NCBI GenBank assembly: GCA_964291285.2
Contig: OZ219787.1
Location: 192,001 to 256,000 of the forward strand
Origin: Alphaproteobacteria bacterium
GTDB lineage: Bacteria; Pseudomonadota; Alphaproteobacteria; Bin95
Direction: 5' to 3'
DNA: 64,000 nucleotides
This document shows positions 9,772 through 18,910 of this stretch, one piece after another (the first letter of the stretch is position 1; the number at the start of each line of letters is the position of its first letter). The notes below the pieces were generated by a model that had not been told where the DNA came from, ran no database searches, and saw only the letters and a program-made list of their open reading frames with translations. The position numbers and the translations under genes were made by a program.

Positions 9772-10308
9772 TCACCCCGCCCTCGCGGGGACAGGCAGGG
9801 CGCGGGGCGCGAAACCGCCGTCCGCTTCGCACGCGCCCTCCAGCGCCAGCAGGAACCGTTTCCCCTCCGCCCCGCCCGGGCCGGACCAGCCGCCGAGCGC
9901 ACCATTGACCGCGACGATCCGGTGGCAGGGCACGATAATCGGCAGCGGGTTGCGACGGCAGGCACCGCCGACCGCGCGCGGGCTGGAACCCACAGTCCGG
10001 GCGACATCGCCATAGCTCCGGGTCCCGCCCGGCGGGATATCCCGCATGGCCTGCCAGACCGCGCCATCGTGCGCCGTCCCGTGCGGCGAGAGGGGCAGGT
10101 CGAACGACCGCCGTCCACCCGCGAAATAGGCTGCAAGCTGGACGGCCGCTTCATCCAGCAACGGCGATGCGTCCTCCCGCCCGGCGCGGCCCCAATGGAG
10201 GCCCGTCAACGCATCTCCCGACGCAACCAGCGTCACCCGCCCCAACGGCGTCTCGACGGTTCGTCCTATGTTGAAGCGGCTGTCAGCCAGAGATTCGTCC
10301 GCAGACAT
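9772..10308 (-). CDS. ogt: Methylated-DNA--protein-cysteine methyltransferase
   Basis: RAVGGACRRNPLPIIVPCHRIV. Confidence 0.93.
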   Translation of the reverse strand: MSADESLADSRFNIGRTVETPLGRVTLVASGDALTGLHWGRAGREDASPLLDEAAVQLAAYFAGGRRSFDLPLSPHGTAHDGAVWQAMRDIPPGGTRSYGDVARTVGSSPRAVGGACRRNPLPIIVPCHRIVAVNGALGGWSGPGGAEGKRFLLALEGACEADGGFAPRALPVPARAG

Positions 10309-10346
10309 GATTCATTTTTCGGAAACTCCTTTGGCGAAGAACAAAT

Positions 10347-11084
10347 TTAACGAGAGAGAATTGTGAACAAAAACAGGTGGCATGGGTGAAGGACCCACCT
10401 GATTTCGTTGTCTCTATTGTCCCATTCTATCGGAATTATTTTTGATTGCCCATCGCTTTGGTACCACAATACAGCGTCCGGAGATCGACGAAATTTCTCA
10501 ATGAAGTCTTCAATTTCAGCATCCCCTATTTCCTCCTGATTCAAAAGCATATCCCTATTTCTCCCATTCTGATATGGTGTTATTATCTGCAGCCCGATAC
10601 AGCAAGTATTTTGCTCATTTCTCAGAGCAGGCCCATTTCTCACTTGATTGACTTGTTCTACAAGATTCTCCCATGGTCGGCGCACCCTATCTGGAACCCT
10701 CCTATTGAACAAATTATTCACACCAACATACGAACGTTTGAATTCGAAGTAATATTCGATGTCATCTTTGTATGCCCAAAGATCGACCCTACCATTTCTG
10801 TCTCTTGCCCGGTCTCTGTTTCTCGGATTCCGCCTGTCTCTCCTCTTAATTACTTTACTCTCAGATTGATGGACCGGTGTAAGTTTATGCATAGCCGCAG
10901 CCATAAGAGAATAAAGTTCTCTCTCCCTATAGAGAAGGTTATGGTGCGGATATTCCCAGTTTCCAATACAAGCCGCGTAATGCCTTCTATTACAATTTTT
11001 GATGTTCCGAACAAATTGTTCGATGAACGGGTTTATCGCGCCTTCATTATGGCCAGCATATGATTCTGCTATCGTTACAGGCAT
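10347..11084 (-). CDS. Low-GC hypothetical protein, PD-(D/E)XK nuclease-like
   Basis: GGGGAGG RBS; ERELYS...GRVDLWAYKDDIEYYFEFKR (D...ExK); AT-rich relative to neighbours. Confidence 0.6.
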   Translation of the reverse strand: MPVTIAESYAGHNEGAINPFIEQFVRNIKNCNRRHYAACIGNWEYPHHNLLYRERELYSLMAAAMHKLTPVHQSESKVIKRRDRRNPRNRDRARDRNGRVDLWAYKDDIEYYFEFKRSYVGVNNLFNRRVPDRVRRPWENLVEQVNQVRNGPALRNEQNTCCIGLQIITPYQNGRNRDMLLNQEEIGDAEIEDFIEKFRRSPDAVLWYQSDGQSKIIPIEWDNRDNEIRWVLHPCHLFLFTILSR

Positions 11085-11182
11085 CGATTCCTCCCCATGC
11101 CTCATCAAGATGCTTGCCGTACCCGAAAGGACGTCTCGCGCATGGAATGATCCAAGAGCGATTACAACCGAACTGTCTACAA

Positions 11183-12166
11183 CTATATCCTCTTGCCGTG
11201 CCAAGCTGCAAGCTCCTCGCACATCGCCGCCAGCCTGCGCCGCAGCTTTGCCGGTTGCTCCACGGTAACGCTGTCGCCCCAGGTGATGAGGTGCCAGCAC
11301 ATTTCGTCGAGGCCGCCAGCGTTGAAGCGGATCGTTACCGTGCCGTCCTCGTTCTCCTCGACGGTCTGGTCCGGGTGGAAGAGGAAGGTTGCGGCGTCGG
11401 GGGCGGCGCGGGCGTCGAAGCGGAGGACCACCTTGACCGGCTCCTCCTGGAACGTGCCGAAGGAGCGCCGGGTGAAGGCCCGCAGGTCGAAGGCGCGGTC
11501 GCGCTCGAAATCGTCGAGGCCGAGCTTCGCCCCGCTTATGTTGGCGAGGCGCCAGAGGCGCGGTTCGCCGCTCCAGTCGGTGCGCGCCACGAGGAAGGAG
11601 CGGTTGCCGTAGAGCAGGCCGTAGGGCTCCACGGTCTGGCGGCTTTGCAGCCCCGTCTGCCGCGACAGGTAGTCGAATTCGACCGTGCGGCGGGCGAGGA
11701 TGGCGCCGCGCAGCAGCGAGAGCAGCGCCGGCTCGATCGGCTGCCTCGGGCCCGGCCGCATGGCGAGGCCCTCGGCGCGGAGCAATGCTTCGAGTTCCTC
11801 CTCCAATTCACCGGCGAGGCGGGCGGCGCGGAGCTTTTCGGCGACCGTCTCCAGCGGGGCGGCGTATTGGCCGAGGCCGGCCTGTTCGAGCGCCGACGCG
11901 GCAGCGGAAAGCGCCGCCAATTCCTCCGTCGAGACGGAGATGAGCCTGCGAAACGCATCCGAGCGCAGCCGCCAGTGCTTCCTGCTGTCGTCGTTCTCCA
12001 CTTCCTCCAGCGGCTCGAACGCCCACTCGACGGCGGCCCGCATCCGCTCGGCCGTCCTGCGGCTGACCTTGAAGCGGGACTGGATGTCGTCGAGCGTCAG
12101 GCCGGTATGCGAGCCCTGAAGGGCAATCGCCAGACGGACAATATGCTTCAGGCGTTCGTAACGCAT
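11183..12166 (-). CDS. driD: WYL-domain transcriptional regulator, DriD-like
   Basis: 327 aa; wHTH GLTLDDIQSRFKVSRRTAERMR; VEPYGLLYGNRSFLVA...WRL (WYL); FHPDQ...GLDEMCWHLITWG (WCX). Confidence 0.8.
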   Translation of the reverse strand: MRYERLKHIVRLAIALQGSHTGLTLDDIQSRFKVSRRTAERMRAAVEWAFEPLEEVENDDSRKHWRLRSDAFRRLISVSTEELAALSAAASALEQAGLGQYAAPLETVAEKLRAARLAGELEEELEALLRAEGLAMRPGPRQPIEPALLSLLRGAILARRTVEFDYLSRQTGLQSRQTVEPYGLLYGNRSFLVARTDWSGEPRLWRLANISGAKLGLDDFERDRAFDLRAFTRRSFGTFQEEPVKVVLRFDARAAPDAATFLFHPDQTVEENEDGTVTIRFNAGGLDEMCWHLITWGDSVTVEQPAKLRRRLAAMCEELAAWHGKRI

Positions 12167-12231
12167 GCCGCCCCTCCCATGCCGGTCCCCGCCGGGAGCA
12201 CCATAGGCGGCGCTCCCGGCAGGACCAAGGC

Positions 12232-14298
12232 TCACGCCCGGAAGCCCACAACCTGCGGGCGGCCCGGCTTGGCGTCGCATTCCTGCCGCAGCATCCCGGC
12301 CAGCGCGGCGGGGTCGTCCAGCAGCCCGACGATCTCCGCCTTGCGCCGCACCACGGCGAAATCGCCGGGGGTAAGCGCCGCGAGACCGCGGAGGCAGGTC
12401 GGCGGCTCCTTCCCGAAGTAAGCGCGGAAGGCGGCTTCCGCCTGTTCGGGCGCCAGATAGTCCAGCGCCACCTTGAAGGTGAAGCGCCGGAGCGTCGCCG
12501 GGTCCAGACGGTCGCCGAAATTGGTGGTGCAGGCGAAGGGCAGCGGGTGGCTCTCCATCCAGGTCAGCATCTCGTTGACCTGGCTCACCTCCCACGACCT
12601 CTGGGCGAAGCGGCGGTCGGCAAGCAGCGAGTCGGCCTCGTCGAACACGAGGAACGCGCCGGCGTCGCGCGCCTCGGCGAAGGCATCCGCGATCTGTTGC
12701 TCCGTCTCGCCGACCCACTTCGACAAGAGGTCGGAGGTCCGCTTCTGCATCACTTCCAGGCCCAGCCGTTCGGCAAGGAACCGGACGTAAGCGCTCTTGC
12801 CCGTGCCCGGCGGGCCCTGCAGGCAGAGGGAGAAGCGCCGCGCGCCGGAACCGACAATGCGCCCGGCCAGCGCGGCCGGGTCCGTGTCGGCCCGGATGAG
12901 CGCGGGGTCGAAGCGCGCCGGCGTTCCCTCGGGCGGCTTCCCGCAGCCGAGGACCCGCGAGAGGCTGCGCACCCCGCGGCGCACGGCTTCGAGCTCGCCG
13001 CCCGCCAGCGCGGCCGCGGCCGTCGCGCCCGCCGCAATCCCGGGCGTGGCCTCGAACCCGGCGGCCAGCGCGCGCACCTCCTCCGGCTTCGCCTCGATGC
13101 CGTGGCGCTCAAGCTGCCGCGCCCAGACCCGCTGCCTTACCGGGGCGGTCGGCGGGCGCAGCTCGAAGGCGAACATCATGCGCCGGAGGATGGCCGGACT
13201 GACATGCCGGGCGTCGTTCATCGTCCAGAGCGTCGGCGCGGGGGCGCGCTCCAGCAGCCGGTGCATGAAAATCCTGGAGGAGCCGCCCCGGGCGTTGCGG
13301 GCGAACCGGCCTCCCAGGAAATCGAATTCCGGCCCGTCGTCCTCAAGCAGGTCCTCCATCTCGTCGAACAGCAGCAGCGAGCGCCGGTCCTGCGCCAGCA
13401 GCCGCTGGGCGAGGCGCAGCTCCTGCATCCGTTCCCGGCGCGACGGCTCGCGCCCGTCCCCGTCCGCTTCGCCGACGCTGTAGAGCGCAACGCCGAGGCA
13501 TTCGGCCACCGTCTTGCAGAACTCGGTCTTTCCGGTTCCCGGAGGTCCGTAGAGCAGGATGTTGACGCCCGGCTCCCGGCGTTCCAGCGCGCCCTTCAGC
13601 AGCCTCTCGACATGGTCGCGGCCCTCGGCCACATGGTCGAAATCGGACCAGTCGAGTTCGCTCGCGCCCGCGGCGTCGAAGAGCAGGCCGTTCGCATCGA
13701 GCCCGGCTCCGGCGGGAGCGAGCGCGAGCCGGTTGAGACGGTCGATAGCCTTCACTTCGCCGTCGCTGTCGATGGAAACGAGCCCGCACCGGATGAGCGG
13801 CGCGCCGTCTGCGAGGCGGCGTGCGACCGTATTTGTCGAGAGGCCCAGGGGCAGGGCCAGCGCGCGTCCCCCGATGTTCAGGTCGTGCCATCGGGAGGGG
13901 TCGACGAAGACGTCATCGATCATCGATTCGAAGACGGGATTCGTCCGGTCGCGCACCAGAAGTTCGAGAAGCGCGGTGTCGGTGCGGGAGAGCCCCGTCG
14001 TTTGCGCCAGACGCAGGAGGCGCCGTCCGGTCCGGTCGCGCCTCGGCGCCCTGGCCGCGCACTCGTCCTGCAAGGCCTGCCGCAAGCCGCGAAACTGTTC
14101 TTTCGAGACCTTGTCGTAGTCGGCGGTCCAGCGGCGCATGCGCCGTCGCCGCCTCCCTCGTCGTCCGAGCGCGACGCGGTTCTCTCCGTCGGCCACCCAC
14201 CCGGCGAGCGCCGAGGCTTCGGGGTCCCGTCGGCGCAGGCCCGAGGCGGCGTTAGCGAGGTACCGGGTGAGCAGATGTCGTTCGTAGGCGGTCAGCAT
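12232..14298 (-). CDS. Double AAA+ ATPase (SpoVK/Ycf46/Vps4-like)
   Basis: GPPGTGKT/LLFDEME and GPPGTGKS/LVFDEAD modules. Confidence 0.9.
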   Translation of the reverse strand: MLTAYERHLLTRYLANAASGLRRRDPEASALAGWVADGENRVALGRRGRRRRRMRRWTADYDKVSKEQFRGLRQALQDECAARAPRRDRTGRRLLRLAQTTGLSRTDTALLELLVRDRTNPVFESMIDDVFVDPSRWHDLNIGGRALALPLGLSTNTVARRLADGAPLIRCGLVSIDSDGEVKAIDRLNRLALAPAGAGLDANGLLFDAAGASELDWSDFDHVAEGRDHVERLLKGALERREPGVNILLYGPPGTGKTEFCKTVAECLGVALYSVGEADGDGREPSRRERMQELRLAQRLLAQDRRSLLLFDEMEDLLEDDGPEFDFLGGRFARNARGGSSRIFMHRLLERAPAPTLWTMNDARHVSPAILRRMMFAFELRPPTAPVRQRVWARQLERHGIEAKPEEVRALAAGFEATPGIAAGATAAAALAGGELEAVRRGVRSLSRVLGCGKPPEGTPARFDPALIRADTDPAALAGRIVGSGARRFSLCLQGPPGTGKSAYVRFLAERLGLEVMQKRTSDLLSKWVGETEQQIADAFAEARDAGAFLVFDEADSLLADRRFAQRSWEVSQVNEMLTWMESHPLPFACTTNFGDRLDPATLRRFTFKVALDYLAPEQAEAAFRAYFGKEPPTCLRGLAALTPGDFAVVRRKAEIVGLLDDPAALAGMLRQECDAKPGRPQVVGFRA

Positions 14299-14341
14299 GG
14301 ACTCTCTCCGGATTGCGGTATCCGGGGAGCATGACGGCCGA

Positions 14342-14362
14342 ATGCGTCAGATCCGGTCGTAT
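14342..14362 (-). promoter_or_regulatory. DriD-type operator upstream of the AAA-WYL genes
   Basis: Minus strand ATACGAC-N7-GACGCAT, ending 44 bp before the ATG; 12/14 to the DriD consensus as I recall it (ATACGAC-N7-GTCGTAT). Confidence 0.65.
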
Positions 14363-14380
14363 CGGCGCAGCCTTTCAGGC

Positions 14381-15430
14381 TTAGCGGTACCTCGCCTCTT
14401 GCTCGCCCTCCTCTGCCGGGCGGGCCATGGCGTCGATGATCTGCTTCAGGCTTATGCTGCCGATCGCCTTGCCTTCGCTGTCCACGACACTGGCCCGGTC
14501 GGCCTCTGCGGCGCTCACGGCCTGCAACGCCTCGTCCAGGACAAGGTTGTGGGCCACGCTCGGGCCGTCGACGCCTTCGCCGGGCGTCATGACCGACCTC
14601 GCTTCGATGACCCGGCCCCGGTTGATGTCCTTGACGAAGTCGAAAATGTAGTCGTCGGCCGGATGCAGGATGATGTCCTGCGGATTGCCCTGCTGGATGA
14701 GGGCGCCGTCGCGCAGGATGGCGATGCTGTCCCCCAGCCGCAGCGCCTCGTCGAGATCGTGGGTGATGAACACGATGGTCTTGTGCAGCTCCTCCTGCAG
14801 TCCCAGCAGGACCTGCTGCATGTCGGTGCGGATCAACGGGTCGAGCGCCGAGAACGGCTCGTCCATCAGCAGGATGTCCGCGTCGGTGGCCAGCGCCCGC
14901 GCCAGGCCGACCCGCTGCTGCATGCCCCCCGACAGCTGCGAGGGATAGTGGTTCTCGAACCCCGACAGCCCGACGCGGTCCAGCCATTTCCGGCTTTGCT
15001 GCTTGGCCTCCCCGATGGACATGCCCTGGATCGCGAGCCCGTAGGCGGCGTTCTCGGCCACCGTCTTGTGGACATGCAGCCCGAACCTCTGGAACACCAT
15101 CGAGATGCTGTGGCGCCGGACCTCGATCAGCTCCTCCCTGGTCATGGCGAGCACATCGCGCCCGTTGACCACGATCCGGCCCGACGTCGGCTCGATCAGC
15201 CGGTTGATATGCCGGATCAGGGTGGACTTGCCGGAGCCCGACAGGCCCATGATGACGGAGATTTCCCGGGCGGAGACCTCGATGTTGATGTCCTTCAGCC
15301 CGAGCACGTGATCGTGCTTTTCGAGCAATTCCTGCTTGGACATGCCCTGCTGGACGGCGGCGAGCACGGATTGCGGCCGGGGACCGAAGATCTTGTACAG
15401 CTTCTCGATGCTGATCTTGGTTTCAGCCAT
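14381..15430 (-). CDS. proV: Glycine betaine/proline-type ABC transporter ATP-binding protein
   Basis: GLSGSGKS, LSGGMQQRV, MDEPFSALDPLIR. Confidence 0.88.
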   Translation of the reverse strand: MAETKISIEKLYKIFGPRPQSVLAAVQQGMSKQELLEKHDHVLGLKDINIEVSAREISVIMGLSGSGKSTLIRHINRLIEPTSGRIVVNGRDVLAMTREELIEVRRHSISMVFQRFGLHVHKTVAENAAYGLAIQGMSIGEAKQQSRKWLDRVGLSGFENHYPSQLSGGMQQRVGLARALATDADILLMDEPFSALDPLIRTDMQQVLLGLQEELHKTIVFITHDLDEALRLGDSIAILRDGALIQQGNPQDIILHPADDYIFDFVKDINRGRVIEARSVMTPGEGVDGPSVAHNLVLDEALQAVSAAEADRASVVDSEGKAIGSISLKQIIDAMARPAEEGEQEARYR

Positions 15431-16313
15431 GATCGACGCCTTGGCGATGCCGTTGCAGGCGCTGGCCGAACCTTTGCGACACGCGGTCGAAGATGATCGC
15501 CAGCGCCACGATCGCAAGGCCGTTCATCAGGCCGAGCGCCAGATACTGGTTCGAAATCGACCGCAACACCGGCACGCCGAGGCCGGCGACACCGATCATC
15601 GATGCGATCACCACCATGGACAGCGCCATCATGATGGTCTGGTTCACGCCGGCGAAAATGTTGGGGAGCGCGAGCGGAATCTGCACGCCGAACAGTTTCT
15701 GCCTGTAGTCGGCGCCGAAGGCATCGGCCGCCTCCAGCGCTTCCTTCTCGACGAGCCGTATGCCGAGATTGGTCAGCCGCACGATCGGCGGAATCGCATA
15801 GATGCACACCGCGATCAGGCCCGGCACCTTGCCGATGCCGAGCAGCATGACGACCGGAATGAGATAAACGAAGGCCGGAATCGTCTGCATGATGTCCAGC
15901 ACCGGCGTGATCGCCGTCTGCATCCGGTCCGAGCGCGCCATCAGGATGCCGAGCGGGATGCCGACCGCAATGCAGAGCAGGGTGGCGACCGAGATGATGG
16001 CAAGCGTGGACATGGTGTCCTGCCACATGCCGAAATAGCCGATCGCGAGGAACGACAGCACGGAGCCGGCGACGACCGTCCTGCTGCGCGAGCCGAGCCA
16101 GGCCAGCCCCGCGATCACCAGCGCGATCACCGGCCATGGCGTCGCGATCAGCAGCTTCTCGAACCAGACGAGGAACCTGAGCAGGGGCTCGAAAAAGTTC
16201 TCGAGCATCTCGCCGAATTCACGCGAAAAGTCGCGAAACCCTCCATCGATCGCCTTCTTCAGATCGCGAAGATCCTGGCGGTCCATCGAGGGAAATTCCG
16301 TCAAGAAATCCAT
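15423..16313 (-). CDS. proW: Glycine betaine/proline-type ABC permease
   Basis: LDIMQTIPAFVYLIP, EAADAFGA. Confidence 0.88.
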   Translation of the reverse strand: MDFLTEFPSMDRQDLRDLKKAIDGGFRDFSREFGEMLENFFEPLLRFLVWFEKLLIATPWPVIALVIAGLAWLGSRSRTVVAGSVLSFLAIGYFGMWQDTMSTLAIISVATLLCIAVGIPLGILMARSDRMQTAITPVLDIMQTIPAFVYLIPVVMLLGIGKVPGLIAVCIYAIPPIVRLTNLGIRLVEKEALEAADAFGADYRQKLFGVQIPLALPNIFAGVNQTIMMALSMVVIASMIGVAGLGVPVLRSISNQYLALGLMNGLAIVALAIIFDRVSQRFGQRLQRHRQGVDHG

Positions 16314-16382
16314 GCGGGCCTCCCATCGGGCTCGGGGAATTACTCCTTCAAACGCCCTTCCGAGCCGGCGTCAGAGGACAAG

Positions 16383-16421
16383 GAAAAGCCCGCCGGGACG
16401 GGTCCGGGCGGACTTTTCTCT
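16383..16421. terminator. Intercistronic hairpin after the substrate-binding protein gene
   Basis: GAAAAG-CCCGCC...GGGCGG-ACTTTTC. Confidence 0.5.
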
Positions 16422-16457
16422 TCGAGTCAGGCAATCGGGTCGATTGCAAGACCCGCG

Positions 16458-17462
16458 TTACATTCCCTTCACTTTCGCGGCGACTTCGGCAGGCACCCAG
16501 GGCTTCCACACGTCGCCATGCACCTTCAGGAATTCCGCCGCGGCGTCCGCCCCGTCGGCCTGGTTCTCGTCCATATAGACGAGCATGCCGTTCATCACGT
16601 CGCCGGGGAACACGCGGCTCCTGAAATACGCCATGACCTCATCGCCGGCGTTCTTCGCGAAGTCGGCGGTGACCACGGTATGCACTTCCGACTTCGTCCA
16701 GGACGAGGGCTGCGGATCGGCGCATTCCTGTTCCGGCTTGACGATGCAGCCGTCCCAGTGCTCGCTGCCGACGAACGGCACGCCGAAGTCGAGCTTGACC
16801 ATCTTGTGCCGCCCGATCAGCGCGGTCGGCGACCAGTAGTAGCCGAACCAGTTCTCGCCGCGGTTGACCGCCTTGGACATCGAGCCGTCAAGCCCGGCCG
16901 CCGAACCCGGGTCCACGAGCTTCCAGCCCTTTTCCGCCATCTTGAAGCCGCGGAACAGGTTCGCGTTGGTCAGCTGGCAGCCCCAGCCCGCGGGGCATCC
17001 CACGAACGCGCCCTTCGAGGGGTCCTCGGCATCCGGGAAGAGGTCGGGACGCTTCAGCACGTCCAGCACGGTCTTCAGTTCGGGGTGCTTCTCCTGCACA
17101 TAGGGCGGGACCCACCAGCCCTCGCCCAGGCCGCTGATGGGGCCGTCATTGGCGGATTGCAGGCGCCCTTCGTCCATGGCGATCTTCAGGGGATCGCGCA
17201 CGGCGTTGATCCAGAGCTCCGGCGCCACGTCCGGCTCGCCCTTCTCGTTGAGCGAGGTGAAGGTCGGCATGGTGTCGCCGGGAACCAGTTCGACGTCGCA
17301 TCCATATCCTTCGGCGAGGATGATCTTGTCGACTTCGGCCATCAATTGGGCCGACGCCCAGTTCATGTTCGCGATCTGGACCTTGCCGCAGTCCGCCATG
17401 GCCGCATTCGCGCCGAACACCAGCGCCAGGCCCAGCAAAGCCGTCTTCGGCAAGTGTTTCAT
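16458..17462 (-). CDS. ProX/HisX-type ABC substrate-binding protein
   Basis: Signal peptide; MNWASA, GCPAGWGC, YYWSPT. Confidence 0.88.
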   Translation of the reverse strand: MKHLPKTALLGLALVFGANAAMADCGKVQIANMNWASAQLMAEVDKIILAEGYGCDVELVPGDTMPTFTSLNEKGEPDVAPELWINAVRDPLKIAMDEGRLQSANDGPISGLGEGWWVPPYVQEKHPELKTVLDVLKRPDLFPDAEDPSKGAFVGCPAGWGCQLTNANLFRGFKMAEKGWKLVDPGSAAGLDGSMSKAVNRGENWFGYYWSPTALIGRHKMVKLDFGVPFVGSEHWDGCIVKPEQECADPQPSSWTKSEVHTVVTADFAKNAGDEVMAYFRSRVFPGDVMNGMLVYMDENQADGADAAAEFLKVHGDVWKPWVPAEVAAKVKGM

Positions 17463-17712
17463 GTTCGTTCCTCCTCTGGTTCCTGCGCGGCGATCGAAAC
17501 GGTGCGCAGCAGGCGATACGGCCCCTGACGTTTGGCAGCACTACGGAAACGGCCGACGGGCCGCCACCGTCCGCCACCGACGGGCGAAACGCTAACATGA
17601 GGCCACAACGCCGACAAGGAGCGGCTCCGGCCCGCGTTTCCGGCGAACGGGAAAGTCCTGTAACCTCGCCCGCCGCGGCGCGACATGCGCAGCCGCCGGC
17701 GGGAGCGGGACA

Positions 17713-18765
17713 GTGGGCGATCTTCAGGGGTTTCTGAGGCGCATTCCGAAGGTGGAGCTGCACTGCCACCTGCTCGGCACCGTGCGCAAGGCGACGATGA
17801 AGGCGATGGCGGCCCGCAACGGGGCGCGCACGACGGAAGACGAGATCGAGGGGTTCTACATCCGCGGCGAGAAGCCGGTCGGCGTGCTCGCCATCTTCCG
17901 CGAGATGGAGGCCCATATCCTGATGACGCCGGCGGACTTCCGGCAGATCGCCCGGGACTATCTGGAGGACGCCGCCGCCCACACGGTCCGCTATGCCGAG
18001 ATCTACTGGAACCCGACCGGCAATCTCCGCCACACGGGCCTCTCCTACGGCGCGTTGCAGGCCGCGGTCCTCGCCGGCATGGCGGATGCGGAGCGGGACT
18101 TCGGCATCGCCGGCAATCTCATCCCGAGCATCGACCGGGAGGCCCCGCCCGAAGACGCGGTCGGGATGGTCCGGCAGATGATCGCCAACCGCGACCCGCG
18201 CGTGCCCGGCATCGGCATCGACTACCGCGAGGTGGACAATCCGCCGGAGAAATTCGCCGAGGCCTACGCGCTCGCGCGGGAGGCCGGCTTCCGGCTGACG
18301 GCGCATGCCGGCGAGTTCGGCGAGCCCTGGACCAATGTCGCGGCCGCGCTCGACCTGCTCAAGGTGGAGCGGCTCGACCACGCCTACACGGTCCTCGACA
18401 ATCCGGAGCTCACGGCGCGCTGCGCGGCCGAGGGCATCGTCATCACCGTCGTGCCGACCAACAGCTACTATCTGCGCACGCTGGACAAGTCCGAATGGGC
18501 GGAGAAGCACCCCATCCGGCGCATGGGGCCCGCGGGGCTGCGCATCCACCCCAACACGGACGATCCGGCTTTCCACCTGACCGACCCGACCCGCTGCTGG
18601 CAGAGCATGGTCGTCGATTTCGGCTATTCGCTGGCCGACCTCCGCGGCTTCATGCTGAACGGCCTCGACGGCGCGTGGATCGACGACGGGCTGCGCGCGC
18701 GCTGGAAGCGGGAATGGAGCGCCGAGTTCGACCGCCTCGCGGAAGAGCACGGCGTCGCCGGCTGA
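17713..18765 (+). CDS. Adenosine/adenine deaminase family protein
   Basis: PKVELHCHL, TAHAGE, RLDH, NTDDP. Confidence 0.88.
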   Translation: MGDLQGFLRRIPKVELHCHLLGTVRKATMKAMAARNGARTTEDEIEGFYIRGEKPVGVLAIFREMEAHILMTPADFRQIARDYLEDAAAHTVRYAEIYWNPTGNLRHTGLSYGALQAAVLAGMADAERDFGIAGNLIPSIDREAPPEDAVGMVRQMIANRDPRVPGIGIDYREVDNPPEKFAEAYALAREAGFRLTAHAGEFGEPWTNVAAALDLLKVERLDHAYTVLDNPELTARCAAEGIVITVVPTNSYYLRTLDKSEWAEKHPIRRMGPAGLRIHPNTDDPAFHLTDPTRCWQSMVVDFGYSLADLRGFMLNGLDGAWIDDGLRARWKREWSAEFDRLAEEHGVAG

Positions 18766-18766
18766 C

Positions 18767-18910
18767 ATGGACGGCGCCGGCAGAACGCAGGCGGCGGCCA
18801 CGCTCACCGGCGCGCTGGCCCGCTTCGGCGCCGCCTTCTCGCTCGACGACGTGCCGGAGGACGACCGCCACCATGCGAAGCTGCTGGCGCTCGACCGCCC
18901 CGGCCGCCTT
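18767..18910 (+). pseudogene. N-terminal remnant of an MmgE/PrpD-family protein
   Basis: LTGALARFGAAFSLDDVPEDDRHHAKLLALD, then runs into the convergent gene's stop. Confidence 0.55.

Noticed and set aside
14381-17462. ABC transporter as the TMAO-specific TmoXWV
   Set aside because: The binding protein looks ProX/HisX-like; the substrate cannot be fixed from sequence alone.
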